In this document: positions 1 through 8,621 of the stretch, one piece after another
Layout: the number at the start of each line of letters is the position of its first letter
How positions within the stretch are numbered: position 1 is the first letter of the stretch
Assembly: GCA_031425655.1 (NCBI GenBank)
Contig: JANPJS010000094.1
Span: 1 to 20,228 of the forward strand
Direction of reading: 5' to 3'
Source of the DNA: Abditibacteriaceae bacterium
GTDB taxonomy: Bacteria > Armatimonadota > Abditibacteriia > Abditibacteriales > Abditibacteriaceae
Length of the DNA stretch: 20,228 nucleotides
The notes under the pieces: generated by a model
The model's database searches: none
What the model was told of the DNA's origin: nothing
Seen by the model: only the letters and a program-made list of their open reading frames with translations
Made by a program: the position numbers and the translations under genes

Positions 1-54
1 TGAGTTTTGAGTTGTTTGTAATTCAAAACTCAAAACTCAAAACTCAAAACTCAA
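1..54. repeat. Inverted heptamer tandem repeat (STRR-like), left arm truncated by the window edge
   Basis: CAAAACT x4 at 24-51 plus CAA; the reverse-complement tract TGAGTTTTGAGTT is at 1-13. Confidence 0.85.
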
Positions 55-60
55 TGTTGA

Positions 61-1977
61 ATGGCTCGTCAATTTTCGCGTCGCACGGGTTGGGCAACGG
101 CAAACGTCGCATTGGTGCGGAATCGTGCGTTGGCAGGCACGATTTTTCTCGCGCTGGCATTCTTCGGATTGTTAGCGCGTTTGTGGTTTTTGCAGGTTTT
201 TCACGGCCCCGATTTTTTGGCGCAAGCGCAGAATAATCGTTTGCGCGATGTGCCTTTGACCGCCCCGCGCGGCGTAATTTTAGACCGCAACGGCGTCGTC
301 CTCGCCACCTCGCGCGTGACGCATTCGATTTCGCTGGTGCCCGCCGCGTTGCCTTCGCCCAAACGCGAACCCGAAGAACGTCAGCGCATCCTCAAAACGC
401 TCGGATTTTTGCTAAAAATCACGCCGGCGCAAATCGAAGCCGAAATTGAGGCCGCGCGCGAAAAAGGCGGGCGACTTTACGATCCGGTTGCTATTGTCGA
501 AGAAGCTGACCTCGCCACCGTCACGCTGATTGAAGAAAACAAATGGCGTTTGGGTCGCGCCGTTCTGGTCACCGATGACATTAAACGCTTTTATCCGCAG
601 AGAACTTTAGCCGCGCATATTTTAGGTTACACGCGCACTGTAGATGTCGGCGATTTGAGGCGGAATGCCGAGGAAATCAAGGCCGATCCCGATGCGCGCG
701 ACTTGAAATATTACGATGTTATCGGCAAAAACGGTTTGGAACGGCAATACGACCGCCGTTTGGCCGGAACCGAAGGCAGCGACGAATACGAAGTGGATTC
801 TCGCGCGCGGCCTGTGCGCCGCGTGCGCCGCATCCGTGAAAAACCCGGCCAAACGCTGGTGCTGACCATTGACGCCAAATTGCAGCGCGCGGCGGAAATC
901 GCGCTCTCGAAAGCGCGCAACAGCGGCGCCGTCGCCGCGATCAATCCGCAAACCGGCGAAGTGCTGGCGTTGGCTTCGACGCCGACTTTCGATCCGAATG
1001 TCTTTTCACTGCCGCGCCGCAGTTTCAACGCGAAATGGCCGTCCATCCAGAATAATCCCAAGCATCCTCTTATCAATCGCGCCACGGGATCGCGTTTTCC
1101 GCCGGGTTCGACCTTCAAGCCGTTTACCGCTTCGGCGGGTTTGCAGCAGGGCACGACTTCGCCCGGTTCGATGTCCGTTTGCAATGGCGGCTATCATTTG
1201 AACAAGCACTTTTTCGGCTGCTGGAGTCGTCACGGCGCAGTGGATTTTTTCAGCGCGATGGCCGGATCATGCGATGTGTTCTTTTATCAGGCCGCGCTGC
1301 GCATGGGCGACCCCGAAAGCAGCGGCCCAACTCATTTAGCACAAGTGGCGCGCAAATTTGGTCTGGGCGAAAAAACCGGCATAGATTTGCCAAGCGACAA
1401 CGCCGGCCTGATTCCCGACCCGGCCTGGCGCCGCGAAATTAACAAATCGCGGCCCGATTTAGCGCGCTGGTTTCCCGGAAATACCTTGAATATGTGCATT
1501 GGTCAGGGCGATGTGCTGCTGACGCCGCTGCAATTAGCGCACGGCATTTCCGCTATCGCCAACGGAGGCACATTATGGCGCCCGCATTTGCTGCGCCAAA
1601 CGCGCGGTCCAAAAGGCGAAACCACCGTTCCTGAAGTGCAAAAGCGCGTGGACATTGATCCGCGCAATTTGGCTCTCGTGCGCGAAGCGATGCGGCGCGT
1701 GATGACTGATGGAACGGGGCAAGGCGCGAACCTCTCGTGGCTGACGATTGCGGGCAAAACCGGCTCGGCGGAAGACGTGCATCATGTGTTGCCGCACGCG
1801 TGGTTCACCTGCTTTGCGCCTTACGACAAGCCGAGCCTTGTTATCGCCTGCATCATCGAAAATTCCGGGCACGGCAGCGAAAACGCCGCGCCGGTTTGCA
1901 AAGCGATTCTCGAAGCCGCCTTCCCGCCGCCCGCCGGTCTGAAAACCAAAGCGAACGCTGTTGTTCCCGGCGATTAA
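61..1977 (+). CDS. mrdA: Penicillin-binding protein 2 (class B PBP, peptidoglycan D,D-transpeptidase)
   Basis: N-terminal TM with 'RLWFLQV', 'APRGVILDRNG' dimerisation-domain motif, SxxK (GSTFK), SxD (SCD) and KTG (KTGSA) motifs; 638 aa. Confidence 0.93.
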   Translation: MARQFSRRTGWATANVALVRNRALAGTIFLALAFFGLLARLWFLQVFHGPDFLAQAQNNRLRDVPLTAPRGVILDRNGVVLATSRVTHSISLVPAALPSPKREPEERQRILKTLGFLLKITPAQIEAEIEAAREKGGRLYDPVAIVEEADLATVTLIEENKWRLGRAVLVTDDIKRFYPQRTLAAHILGYTRTVDVGDLRRNAEEIKADPDARDLKYYDVIGKNGLERQYDRRLAGTEGSDEYEVDSRARPVRRVRRIREKPGQTLVLTIDAKLQRAAEIALSKARNSGAVAAINPQTGEVLALASTPTFDPNVFSLPRRSFNAKWPSIQNNPKHPLINRATGSRFPPGSTFKPFTASAGLQQGTTSPGSMSVCNGGYHLNKHFFGCWSRHGAVDFFSAMAGSCDVFFYQAALRMGDPESSGPTHLAQVARKFGLGEKTGIDLPSDNAGLIPDPAWRREINKSRPDLARWFPGNTLNMCIGQGDVLLTPLQLAHGISAIANGGTLWRPHLLRQTRGPKGETTVPEVQKRVDIDPRNLALVREAMRRVMTDGTGQGANLSWLTIAGKTGSAEDVHHVLPHAWFTCFAPYDKPSLVIACIIENSGHGSENAAPVCKAILEAAFPPPAGLKTKANAVVPGD

Positions 1978-1985
1978 TTAGGTGT

Positions 1986-2217
1986 CTCACCTTAGGCGGT
2001 CTCGCTGCTTTAAACGGAAAGACCGGGAAGTCTTGAGAGAGTTGACGAGGCGAAAAAGCGGCTTGAATACAGCCCTCATCCAATATCCAAGCGCAAACCC
2101 AACCGATAATGTCCGACCGTCCAAAGCACTCAAATCTCTTCCCGCCTTCCCGTTCTTACCGTCTTACCGTCTTACCGTTGAAAAACCACAAATGCATAGC
2201 ACGGTGCGTAAGGCGAG
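1986..2217. mobile_element. Non-autonomous MITE-like element (232 bp) with imperfect terminal inverted repeats and 8-bp target-site duplication
   Basis: Left end CTCACCTTAGGCGG (1986); right end reverse complement CTCGCCTTACGCAC (ends 2217); identical TTAGGTGT directly outside both ends (1978-1985 and 2218-2225). Confidence 0.8.
2013..2179. repeat. Octamer-repeat palindrome inside the MITE
   Basis: CTTACCGT x3 at 2155-2178, preceded by CTTCCCGC and CTTCCCGT (2138-2153); degenerate complementary arm AACGGAAAGACCGGGAAG at 2013-2030. Confidence 0.7.
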
Positions 2218-2298
2218 TTAGGTGTTGCAGCGAACAGCGGCATTCAATTTGCGTTACGCGCTTTCGCCGCAAAAATCGCTGTAATCAGGAGAATCAAG

Positions 2299-2760
2299 AT
2301 GAAAATGCAAACATGGCTCAACGGAGCCGGACTGTGTGCCGTAGCTCTGCTCGGCGCCGCTGGCTGCCAGGACAAAAACGACAACGGAATGCCGGACACG
2401 CCTGCCACAGGCGCGCAAATCGAAAAATCGCTGGAAAAAACCGGCGATGCGGTGGAAAACGCAGTTGACGGCGCGGTGCCGGCCATCAAGAACGCCGGCA
2501 GCGAAGTCGTGGGAACCGCCGAAGATATCGGCACGACCGGCAAAGTCAAATCCGCGCTCATCGCGGACAAAACCATCTCCGCCACCGAAATTAACGTAAC
2601 CACCAAAGATGCGGTTGTGCATCTTCAGGGCACAGTGAAAAACGCCGCGCAAAAGAACCTTGTCAGCCAAATCGCCAAAAAAGCGGCGGGAAGCGGCTAC
2701 ACCATCAAAAACCAACTCGTGGTCGCAGGCGGCTCATCGCCGATGATGAAGAAGAACTGA
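2299..2760 (+). CDS. BON-domain lipoprotein (OsmY-like)
   Basis: AGGAG RBS, signal peptide with lipobox AAG-C, C-terminal BON domain (TTGKVKSALIAD...INVTTKDAVVHLQGTV...IKNQLVV). Confidence 0.85.
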   Translation: MKMQTWLNGAGLCAVALLGAAGCQDKNDNGMPDTPATGAQIEKSLEKTGDAVENAVDGAVPAIKNAGSEVVGTAEDIGTTGKVKSALIADKTISATEINVTTKDAVVHLQGTVKNAAQKNLVSQIAKKAAGSGYTIKNQLVVAGGSSPMMKKN

Positions 2761-2782
2761 AGCAACATTTAAGGAGCACGTC

Positions 2783-3133
2783 ATGCCTTACATCGTAGAT
2801 GGCCAACCGGTTGAGGTTTCGCAGGAGCCGCAAAACAAAGAAGGCACGCTTTTTGTGCCCCTGCGCGGACTCAGCGCAGCGGTTGGAGCCACTGTAGATT
2901 GGGATCCGGACAGCCGCGTTGCCAATGTGTATCACAAAGATCGCATCATTCACGTCACGCCCGGCGACACCACCGTCAGCGTTGACGGCGAGCAAACCGA
3001 GCTGCAAGCTGCGCCGTATCTCGAAGAAGGCGAAACTTGGGTTCCGGTGCGCTTTTTTAACCAACCGCTTGGTTATCAACTGGGCGTTGACACCGCAACC
3101 AACCAAGTCGAACTCACGACTTGGAACGGCTAA
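2783..3133 (+). CDS. Stand-alone copper amine oxidase N-terminal (stalk) domain protein
   Basis: AAGGAG RBS; two motif copies 'EGTLFVPLRGLSAAVGATVDWD' and 'APYLEEGETWVPVRFF'; no signal peptide or catalytic domain. Confidence 0.85.
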   Translation: MPYIVDGQPVEVSQEPQNKEGTLFVPLRGLSAAVGATVDWDPDSRVANVYHKDRIIHVTPGDTTVSVDGEQTELQAAPYLEEGETWVPVRFFNQPLGYQLGVDTATNQVELTTWNG

Positions 3134-3154
3134 CCTGAAGTAAAAATTATGAAT

Positions 3155-3194
3155 GCAGAATGGAGAAATTCGGGTTCGAATTTCTCCATTCTGC
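3155..3194. terminator. Perfect 18-bp hairpin between convergent genes (likely terminator; heptamer-periodic)
   Basis: GCAGAATGGAGAAATTCG-ggtt-CGAATTTCTCCATTCTGC, located between the stop codons at 3133 (+) and 3206 (-). Confidence 0.7.
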
Positions 3195-3205
3195 TTTCTC
3201 AATTC

Positions 3206-4516
3206 TTACTTCTCCGCCATCGCGCCTTCGTATAAATCCAAACTCATGTCGCCGCTCAGCAATTTGTAAACGTCGCGCACTTGTCGAAAGCCGTTGTGCA
3301 TCAGAAATCCGGCGTCGCGGCCATAACTTTTGATGCCCAGCACGAAAAAGTTCAGTTCGCCAGTATCGAGCAAGGCCGCATCGTTAATAAACATTTGCCA
3401 GCGGTCGCGCGCGACGTTTTCATGTTCTTCGCGCGGCTGCTTTTCGGCGTAGCCCGTTGAAATTCCCAGACCGGAACGCGCATTATGTGCGTTCAATTCT
3501 TCGCCCAATCGCCACGGCGCGCCCGTCGCAGGGTGCGTTTTCACTTGCAATTCCTGCCACAAAGCTGGGTCGGCGCGAAAGCCGGTGTGCGCTGCGATAT
3601 TAGACACGCACACCTCACGCAATCGCAATTCTCCACCTTCGCGCGTTTGCAGATGCACGCAAAAGTTGTCGCCGTCGTGCGTAAGCTCATCCACGACGGT
3701 GCGCGGCAAAAACGTGACGTTCGGATGCTCGACTAAAGCGTTGGCGCGGCGATGAATGCGCGCCCGTGTTGTAGATGTTTCGTTTTCGACCAGCGTGTAA
3801 GGCGCACCGTGCGGCGGCACGTCGCGGCGCACAACCCATGTCACGCACGTTTCGGGAAACTCTTCCATCAAATCGGCAATATTTAAAAGTGTTGATGCCG
3901 CCGAGTGCCCGCTGCCGACAACCATCGTGTGACGATTCGCAAAACGCATTCGCTCACGCCCCGCGACATCGGGCAGAGCGTAATCTATGCGTTCGCCATT
4001 AGAAATTTCGCCGGGACAAGGCGCGCCGCCGCTACCGGCCCAATTCGGCGACGCATAAACGCCCGTCGCGTCAATCACGGCGTCGAAATTCTCCGCCCAC
4101 TCACGGTTTTCGCAGCGAAAAACTAATCGAAAAGGGAATTCGGCGCGTTGCTGCGACTGGATAAAATCGCTTTTCAGGCATCGCTCGCGCGTGACCGCCA
4201 CGACTTGCGTTTCGGTAAAAATTCGTCCGCGCAACGGCGGCAATTCCGCCAGACGCGCCACATAATCGGCCAACTCGTCGCCCGAAGAATAAGCCTCGTC
4301 GGGCGGCAAAATTTCGCCGGCTTCACGCAAAAGGCGAACCGCCAACGGGCTGCGATTGCGCGCCCATTCGGTGAAAACCTGCACGAAGCCCCAGCGCCGC
4401 ACGTTGTCGGCAATTTGGCCGCGTTCAAAGAGTTGCACGTCGAAACCGGCGCACGCGCCGTAAAGCGCGGCTTCGACGCCAATCGGGCCGCCGCCGATGA
4501 TGGCTATTCGTTTCAT
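3206..4516 (-). CDS. FAD/NAD(P)-dependent oxidoreductase (flavoprotein monooxygenase-like)
   Basis: FAD motif IIGGGPIG, 'VIDATG', second Rossmann motif VVGSGHSA, C-terminal 'LGIKSYGR...FL..GFRQVR'. Confidence 0.85.
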   Translation of the reverse strand: MKRIAIIGGGPIGVEAALYGACAGFDVQLFERGQIADNVRRWGFVQVFTEWARNRSPLAVRLLREAGEILPPDEAYSSGDELADYVARLAELPPLRGRIFTETQVVAVTRERCLKSDFIQSQQRAEFPFRLVFRCENREWAENFDAVIDATGVYASPNWAGSGGAPCPGEISNGERIDYALPDVAGRERMRFANRHTMVVGSGHSAASTLLNIADLMEEFPETCVTWVVRRDVPPHGAPYTLVENETSTTRARIHRRANALVEHPNVTFLPRTVVDELTHDGDNFCVHLQTREGGELRLREVCVSNIAAHTGFRADPALWQELQVKTHPATGAPWRLGEELNAHNARSGLGISTGYAEKQPREEHENVARDRWQMFINDAALLDTGELNFFVLGIKSYGRDAGFLMHNGFRQVRDVYKLLSGDMSLDLYEGAMAEK

Positions 4517-4521
4517 AATTG

Positions 4522-4557
4522 AAAAACGGCAGGACGGAAGAATCTTCCGTCCTGCCG
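4522..4557 (-). terminator. Rho-independent terminator downstream of the TPR gene
   Basis: 14-bp stem CGGCAGGACGGAAG/CTTCCGTCCTGCCG (4527-4557) followed on the minus strand by TTTTT. Confidence 0.7.
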
Positions 4558-4574
4558 CCTTGTTTTGGGCCGCA

Positions 4575-5201
4575 TCAGCGCGCCGGTGTTGTTCCCACAG
4601 CCTTCGCTGCGCGTGCGGCGTCCAATTCGCCCGCCAATTTTTCCACGCGGTTCAAGTTGTTTTTATTGACCGCTTGATCGGGATAATCCTTGACCAAAGC
4701 GCGCCAGGTTTGCAGCGATGTCGGCAAATCGCCGGCATTTTCCGCCGCGTGCGCCAGACGACGCCGCAACATTTGCGACGGTTCGCCGGGCGGCAAAAGC
4801 TCGACGGCGCGCTTGTAAGTTTCGGCGGCGCGCACCAAACGCTTTTGCAAATCGTATTGCTGACCGGCTTCGTTCCACATTTCCCAATTATTGGGGTTGG
4901 TTTTGATGCCGCGTTCGAGAAATTCCACAGCTTCGTCGGTCTTTCCCATGCTCCACAGCAGCCACGCGCCCACGCCAAACGAATCCACGGCTTCGGGATC
5001 AATCGCTACCCGCGCGCGATGCAAAAGCACAGCGCGCTCGTAGTCGCCGGCGTGAAAAGCATCGTCCGACTTACGCATGAAGAAATCGGAATTGGTTTCG
5101 TCGCCGCCAAACGGCGGGCCATCGTATTTCTCGTCGGAATGCGCGCGGCTCGGCAAAGCCACAGCGAAAGTTAAAACGGTTAACAACATCAAACGGCGCA
5201 T
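4575..5201 (-). CDS. Secreted tetratricopeptide-repeat protein
   Basis: Start at ATG 5201 after AAGGAG; signal peptide MRRLMLLTVLTFAVALPSRA; TPR-like helices (AFHAGDYERAV, MGKTDEAVEFLERGIKTNPNN, YKRAVELLP). Confidence 0.8.
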   Translation of the reverse strand: MRRLMLLTVLTFAVALPSRAHSDEKYDGPPFGGDETNSDFFMRKSDDAFHAGDYERAVLLHRARVAIDPEAVDSFGVGAWLLWSMGKTDEAVEFLERGIKTNPNNWEMWNEAGQQYDLQKRLVRAAETYKRAVELLPPGEPSQMLRRRLAHAAENAGDLPTSLQTWRALVKDYPDQAVNKNNLNRVEKLAGELDAARAAKAVGTTPAR

Positions 5202-5211
5202 GAAAAACTCC

Positions 5212-6222
5212 TTACAACTCCACGTTGCGTGTTTCGGCCACCACATAAGGCGGCTTCTGCTGCGATTCGTAATAAGTGCGCATATTGATTTCGGCGATCA
5301 GTCCGAGCATCAAAAGCTGAACACCAAGTAAAAACAGCATGATTCCCGCGTAAAAAAGCGGATTTCCACTGATATCGCTGTAGTGCATATCAAAAAACTT
5401 TTGAATCGCAACAATGAACCATAGCACAAAACTCAGGCCAATACTCCACAATCCGGTGCCGCCAAAAAAATAAATCGGCTTATTGCCATAGCCACCGATG
5501 AATTTCACGACCAGCAAATCTAAAATCACGCGAAAAATGCGGTTCATGCCGTATTTGCTTTGGCCGGCAACGCGCGGATGATGATTGACGGGAATTTCGG
5601 TGACTTTGGCGCCGACCATCGCCGCATAAGCCGGAATAAAGCGGTGCATTTCGCCGTAAAGATTCACATCTTTGATGACCGACGAGCGATACGCTTTCAA
5701 CGAACAGCCGTAATCGTGCAAATACACGCCCGTGACTTTGGAAATCAAGCGGTTGGCCACGCGCGACGGGAATTTGCGAATCGGATTATCTTTGCGCTTG
5801 AGTCTCCAGCCGGAAACTACATCGAAGCCTTCGTTGATTTTTTCCAGCAATCGCGGAATATCGGCGGGATCGTTTTGCAAATCGGCGTCGAGAGGAATAA
5901 TCACTTCGCCGCGCGCGAAGGTCATGCCTGCGGCCATCGCGGCGGTTTGCCCGAAATTGCGCCGAAAGCGCACGACTTTGGCGTTCTTGTCGCCGCGCGC
6001 GATTTGGTCGAGCAGTTCAAACGAGCGGTCGCGGCTGCCGTCGTCCACGTAAAGCACTTCGTAGCTGTGGCCCAGCGAATGCAGCGCGGCGGTAATCTTT
6101 TCGTGCAGCGGCAGCAGGTTTTCTTCTTCGTTGTAAACCGGCACCACAATCGAGAGATGCGGCCCGGCGGAGTTCGGCGAAACAGGTTCGTTCACGCTGG
6201 AAAGTATAGTCGCGCGCTTCAA
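5212..6222 (-). CDS. Glycosyltransferase family 2, polyprenyl-phosphate sugar transferase type (ArnC/DPM-synthase-like) with C-terminal TM helices
   Basis: LSIVVPVYNEEE, VDDGSRD, RNFGQTAA, LDADLQNDP motifs and two C-terminal TMs. Start is ambiguous: TTG 6222 (overlaps the upstream stop) or GTG 6195. Confidence 0.9.
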   Translation of the reverse strand: MKRATILSSVNEPVSPNSAGPHLSIVVPVYNEEENLLPLHEKITAALHSLGHSYEVLYVDDGSRDRSFELLDQIARGDKNAKVVRFRRNFGQTAAMAAGMTFARGEVIIPLDADLQNDPADIPRLLEKINEGFDVVSGWRLKRKDNPIRKFPSRVANRLISKVTGVYLHDYGCSLKAYRSSVIKDVNLYGEMHRFIPAYAAMVGAKVTEIPVNHHPRVAGQSKYGMNRIFRVILDLLVVKFIGGYGNKPIYFFGGTGLWSIGLSFVLWFIVAIQKFFDMHYSDISGNPLFYAGIMLFLLGVQLLMLGLIAEINMRTYYESQQKPPYVVAETRNVEL

Positions 6223-6776
6223 TCGGCGGCATCCGGCGCGGTTTCATCAAGCTGACGCGGCACGAATTCGCCGCGCGGCGCGATCCAGAAGGAGAGAAAA
6301 CGCGCGCCGAAAATCAGGCTGAAGCCAACGAGAATTGAGGGAACAGAAAGGAACAAGCGGTATATAACGTCTACAAAGTCTTCTTGCCTCCTCATTGCCA
6401 TTCCCAATCCCACATATTCGGCAGCTCGCCAGACACATAATCCGAGCCCTGCAACGGCTCGTAGAAGCGAAAGAATTCCGATTATCACAAGGCCGATGCA
6501 GATTACTTCACGCGGCTGCCACCGTGAAATTGGCTCGGTTTCGCTCATGCCGTCTATCATCGCACCGGCCAGTGCTGACGCAAACAGCCAGAGAAAAATA
6601 CCGAAGCAGGCTTGCAGCACAAATGGGCCGAGGGAAAGCACGAAACCCGCGGACGGAAGACTTTTTAAAGACCCCATGCCGGTCAGGTTCAACCAAGCTA
6701 ATTCGGGGAACGCCATTGCCAGCACGTAAAGCCCCATCAGCCGAACCAAAATCAACGCGAAATCTCGTTTGGTCAT
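6219..6776 (-). CDS. Hypothetical membrane protein (about 4 TM helices)
   Basis: Fills the gap in a co-oriented run and has four hydrophobic segments. Likely start is ATG 6776 (MTKRDF), since the longer ORF reads through an inverted repeat. Codon usage looks atypical (AGA, ATA). Confidence 0.7.
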   Translation of the reverse strand: MTKRDFALILVRLMGLYVLAMAFPELAWLNLTGMGSLKSLPSAGFVLSLGPFVLQACFGIFLWLFASALAGAMIDGMSETEPISRWQPREVICIGLVIIGILSLLRAVAGLGLCVWRAAEYVGLGMAMRRQEDFVDVIYRLFLSVPSILVGFSLIFGARFLSFWIAPRGEFVPRQLDETAPDAAD

Positions 6777-6803
6777 GGCGCCGAGTTTGACAGATTGTTG
6801 AAA

Positions 6804-6884
6804 AACAAGCGGGGCTATCGCCCTCTTCCAAACAGGTTGGTCTGAGTCTTCAATGTTTGGAAGAGGGCGATAGTCCCGCCTGTT
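6804..6884. repeat. Long REP-like inverted repeat (31-bp arms, 19-nt spacer)
   Basis: AACAAGCGGGGCTATCGCCCTCTTCCAAACA (6804-6834) vs reverse complement of 6854-6884: 29/31 identical. Confidence 0.85.
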
Positions 6885-6896
6885 CTGCAACTACCT

Positions 6897-7823
6897 TCAA
6901 ATCTCGCTGCGAATCGCTTCGACGGTGCGGCGCACGCCTTCGCGGAAACCGATTTGCGGCGTCCATCCCAGCACTTTGCCGGCGAGCGCGTTGTTCAAGC
7001 TAATGCGGCGCACTTCGCCGGGGCGTTCGGGCAAAAATTTCGGCTCGTCGGGGCCGCTTTGCGCCGCTGCGTGAACCGCGTCGAAGACTTCGCGTGTCGA
7101 GGTTTCGATGCCGGTGCCGATGTTGACCGTTTGGCCTTCGCCCTTCGTCAGCGCCGCGCGGTTGGCTTCCACAACGTCGCCAACGTAAACGTAATCGCGC
7201 GTCATGGTGCCGTCGCCGAAGATTTTGCAGGGCTTGTTTTGCAGCAACAGTCCCGCGAAAATCGCCACCACGCCGGCTTCGCCGTGCGCTGTCTGGCGCG
7301 GGCCGTAAACATTGGAGTAGCGCAAAACTACGGGCTGAATGCCGTGCAAATTCGACCAGATGCGCAAGTAATGCTCAAACGCCATTTTCGTCAGACCGTA
7401 AGGCGATTCGGGCAGGCAGGGATGGCTTTCCACGACTGGCAAATACTTCGGCTCGCCGTAAATCGCGCCGCCCGTCGAAGAAAAAGTGATGCGTTCGGTG
7501 CCGACGCGCACCGCGCTCAGCAGCACATTGAGGGCGCCGCCGATGTTGACGTTGGCGTCGAAAACCGGGTCGGAAACGGCTTTTCGCACGTCCAACTGCG
7601 CCGCGTGATGCGAGACGGCATTTGGTTTAAAATCATCGAACGCCTTCGCTACGCCGTCCGCATCGCGGATGTCGCATTCGTAGAATTTGGCCTGCGCCGG
7701 GACGTTTTTACGGAATCCGCTCGATAGATTGTCCAAAACCGCGATTTCGTGACCATCGGCTAAATAAGCGTCGGCGATGTTGGACGCGATGAATCCGGCG
7801 CCGCCTGTAATAAGAATTTTCAT
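6897..7823 (-). CDS. NAD-dependent epimerase/dehydratase (UDP-glucose 4-epimerase-like extended SDR)
   Basis: Start ATG 7823 after AGGAG; MKILITGGAGFIAS, 'FSSTGGAIYG', YGLTK (YxxxK), 'RYSNVYGPRQ', 'RDYVYVGDV'. Confidence 0.92.
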   Translation of the reverse strand: MKILITGGAGFIASNIADAYLADGHEIAVLDNLSSGFRKNVPAQAKFYECDIRDADGVAKAFDDFKPNAVSHHAAQLDVRKAVSDPVFDANVNIGGALNVLLSAVRVGTERITFSSTGGAIYGEPKYLPVVESHPCLPESPYGLTKMAFEHYLRIWSNLHGIQPVVLRYSNVYGPRQTAHGEAGVVAIFAGLLLQNKPCKIFGDGTMTRDYVYVGDVVEANRAALTKGEGQTVNIGTGIETSTREVFDAVHAAAQSGPDEPKFLPERPGEVRRISLNNALAGKVLGWTPQIGFREGVRRTVEAIRSEI

Positions 7824-7988
7824 GATGCTGCTCCTAACCCGACTTGCGGGCGCCGTGAGTTTTGGGCAGGCACAGCGCCTTGTCAACGCACGCCGCGATT
7901 TTTTTGGCGCACCTTGTGCGGGCGCGCACGCTATGAAAAACTGCGACAGGTTTTCGGATCAAACTCACTTGCAAGGACAGCAATTTTC

Positions 7989-8501
7989 ATGACAAACGTA
8001 ACACTTAAAGGCAACCCCGTAGAACTCAGCGGCACTCCGCCGCAGGTGGGCGACAAAGCGCCCGATTTTACGCTCACCCAAACCGATCTCAGCAAGGTTT
8101 CGCTGAACGAATCGCAGGGCCAAGTCCGCATCATTTCGGTCGTGCCGAGCATTGACACCGGCGTGTGCTCGATTCAAACCAAGCGCTTTAATCAAGAGAT
8201 TGATTCGCTGCCCGCTTCGGTCGTGGCCTACACCGTCAGCGTGGACACGCCTTTCGCGCAAAAGCGTTGGTGCGGCGCCGAGGGCGTCGAAAAAATGACC
8301 ATGCTCAGCGATTACAAAGGCGGCCAGTTCGGCAAAGATTGGGGTCTTTACATCGCTGAGCCTCTGGGCGCTCTGGCGCGCTCGGTTTACGTCGTAGATA
8401 AAGATGGCACCATCGTTTATTCGGAACTCGTGCCCGAAATCACGCAGGAACCGGACTACAGCGCGGCCTTAGCCAAAGCCAAAGAATTAGCCGCAGCGTA
8501 A
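7989..8501 (+). CDS. tpx: Thiol peroxidase (atypical 2-Cys peroxiredoxin)
   Basis: MTNVTLKGNPV start, 'VPSIDTGVC' peroxidatic Cys, 'DTPFAQKRWCGAEG' resolving Cys, 'EITQEPDY' C-terminus. Confidence 0.93.
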   Translation: MTNVTLKGNPVELSGTPPQVGDKAPDFTLTQTDLSKVSLNESQGQVRIISVVPSIDTGVCSIQTKRFNQEIDSLPASVVAYTVSVDTPFAQKRWCGAEGVEKMTMLSDYKGGQFGKDWGLYIAEPLGALARSVYVVDKDGTIVYSELVPEITQEPDYSAALAKAKELAAA

Positions 8502-8512
8502 AACTTTGCACC

Positions 8513-8548
8513 AAAAACGCCGCGCGAAAATTTTCGCGCGGCGTTTTT
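8513..8548. terminator. Bidirectional Rho-independent terminator
   Basis: Perfect 36-nt palindrome AAAAACGCCGCGCGAAAATTTTCGCGCGGCGTTTTT just after the tpx stop, between convergent genes. Confidence 0.85.
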
Positions 8549-8566
8549 ATGTGTTTCGCTAATTGA

Positions 8567-8589
8567 CTCACCTTACGCGGTCTCGCCGC
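8567..8589 (+). mobile_element. Second copy of the MITE left end (no cognate right end seen)
   Basis: CTCACCTTACGCGGTCTCGCCGC is 21/23 identical to 1986-2008. Confidence 0.7.
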
Positions 8590-8621
8590 GAAAACCGGCA
8601 AACCTGTGAAAATTTAATATC

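Noticed and set aside
1982..2221. Short ORFs over intergenic repeats (1982-2221, also 8568-8771, 14562-14846, 19795-20028, 12-236)
   Set aside because: They are translations of MITE or palindrome DNA with no RBS or protein-like features.
7824..7988. Riboswitch or ncRNA in the divergent epimerase/tpx spacer
   Set aside because: No recognisable conserved motif or strong structure by eye; an Rfam scan would be needed to exclude it fully.
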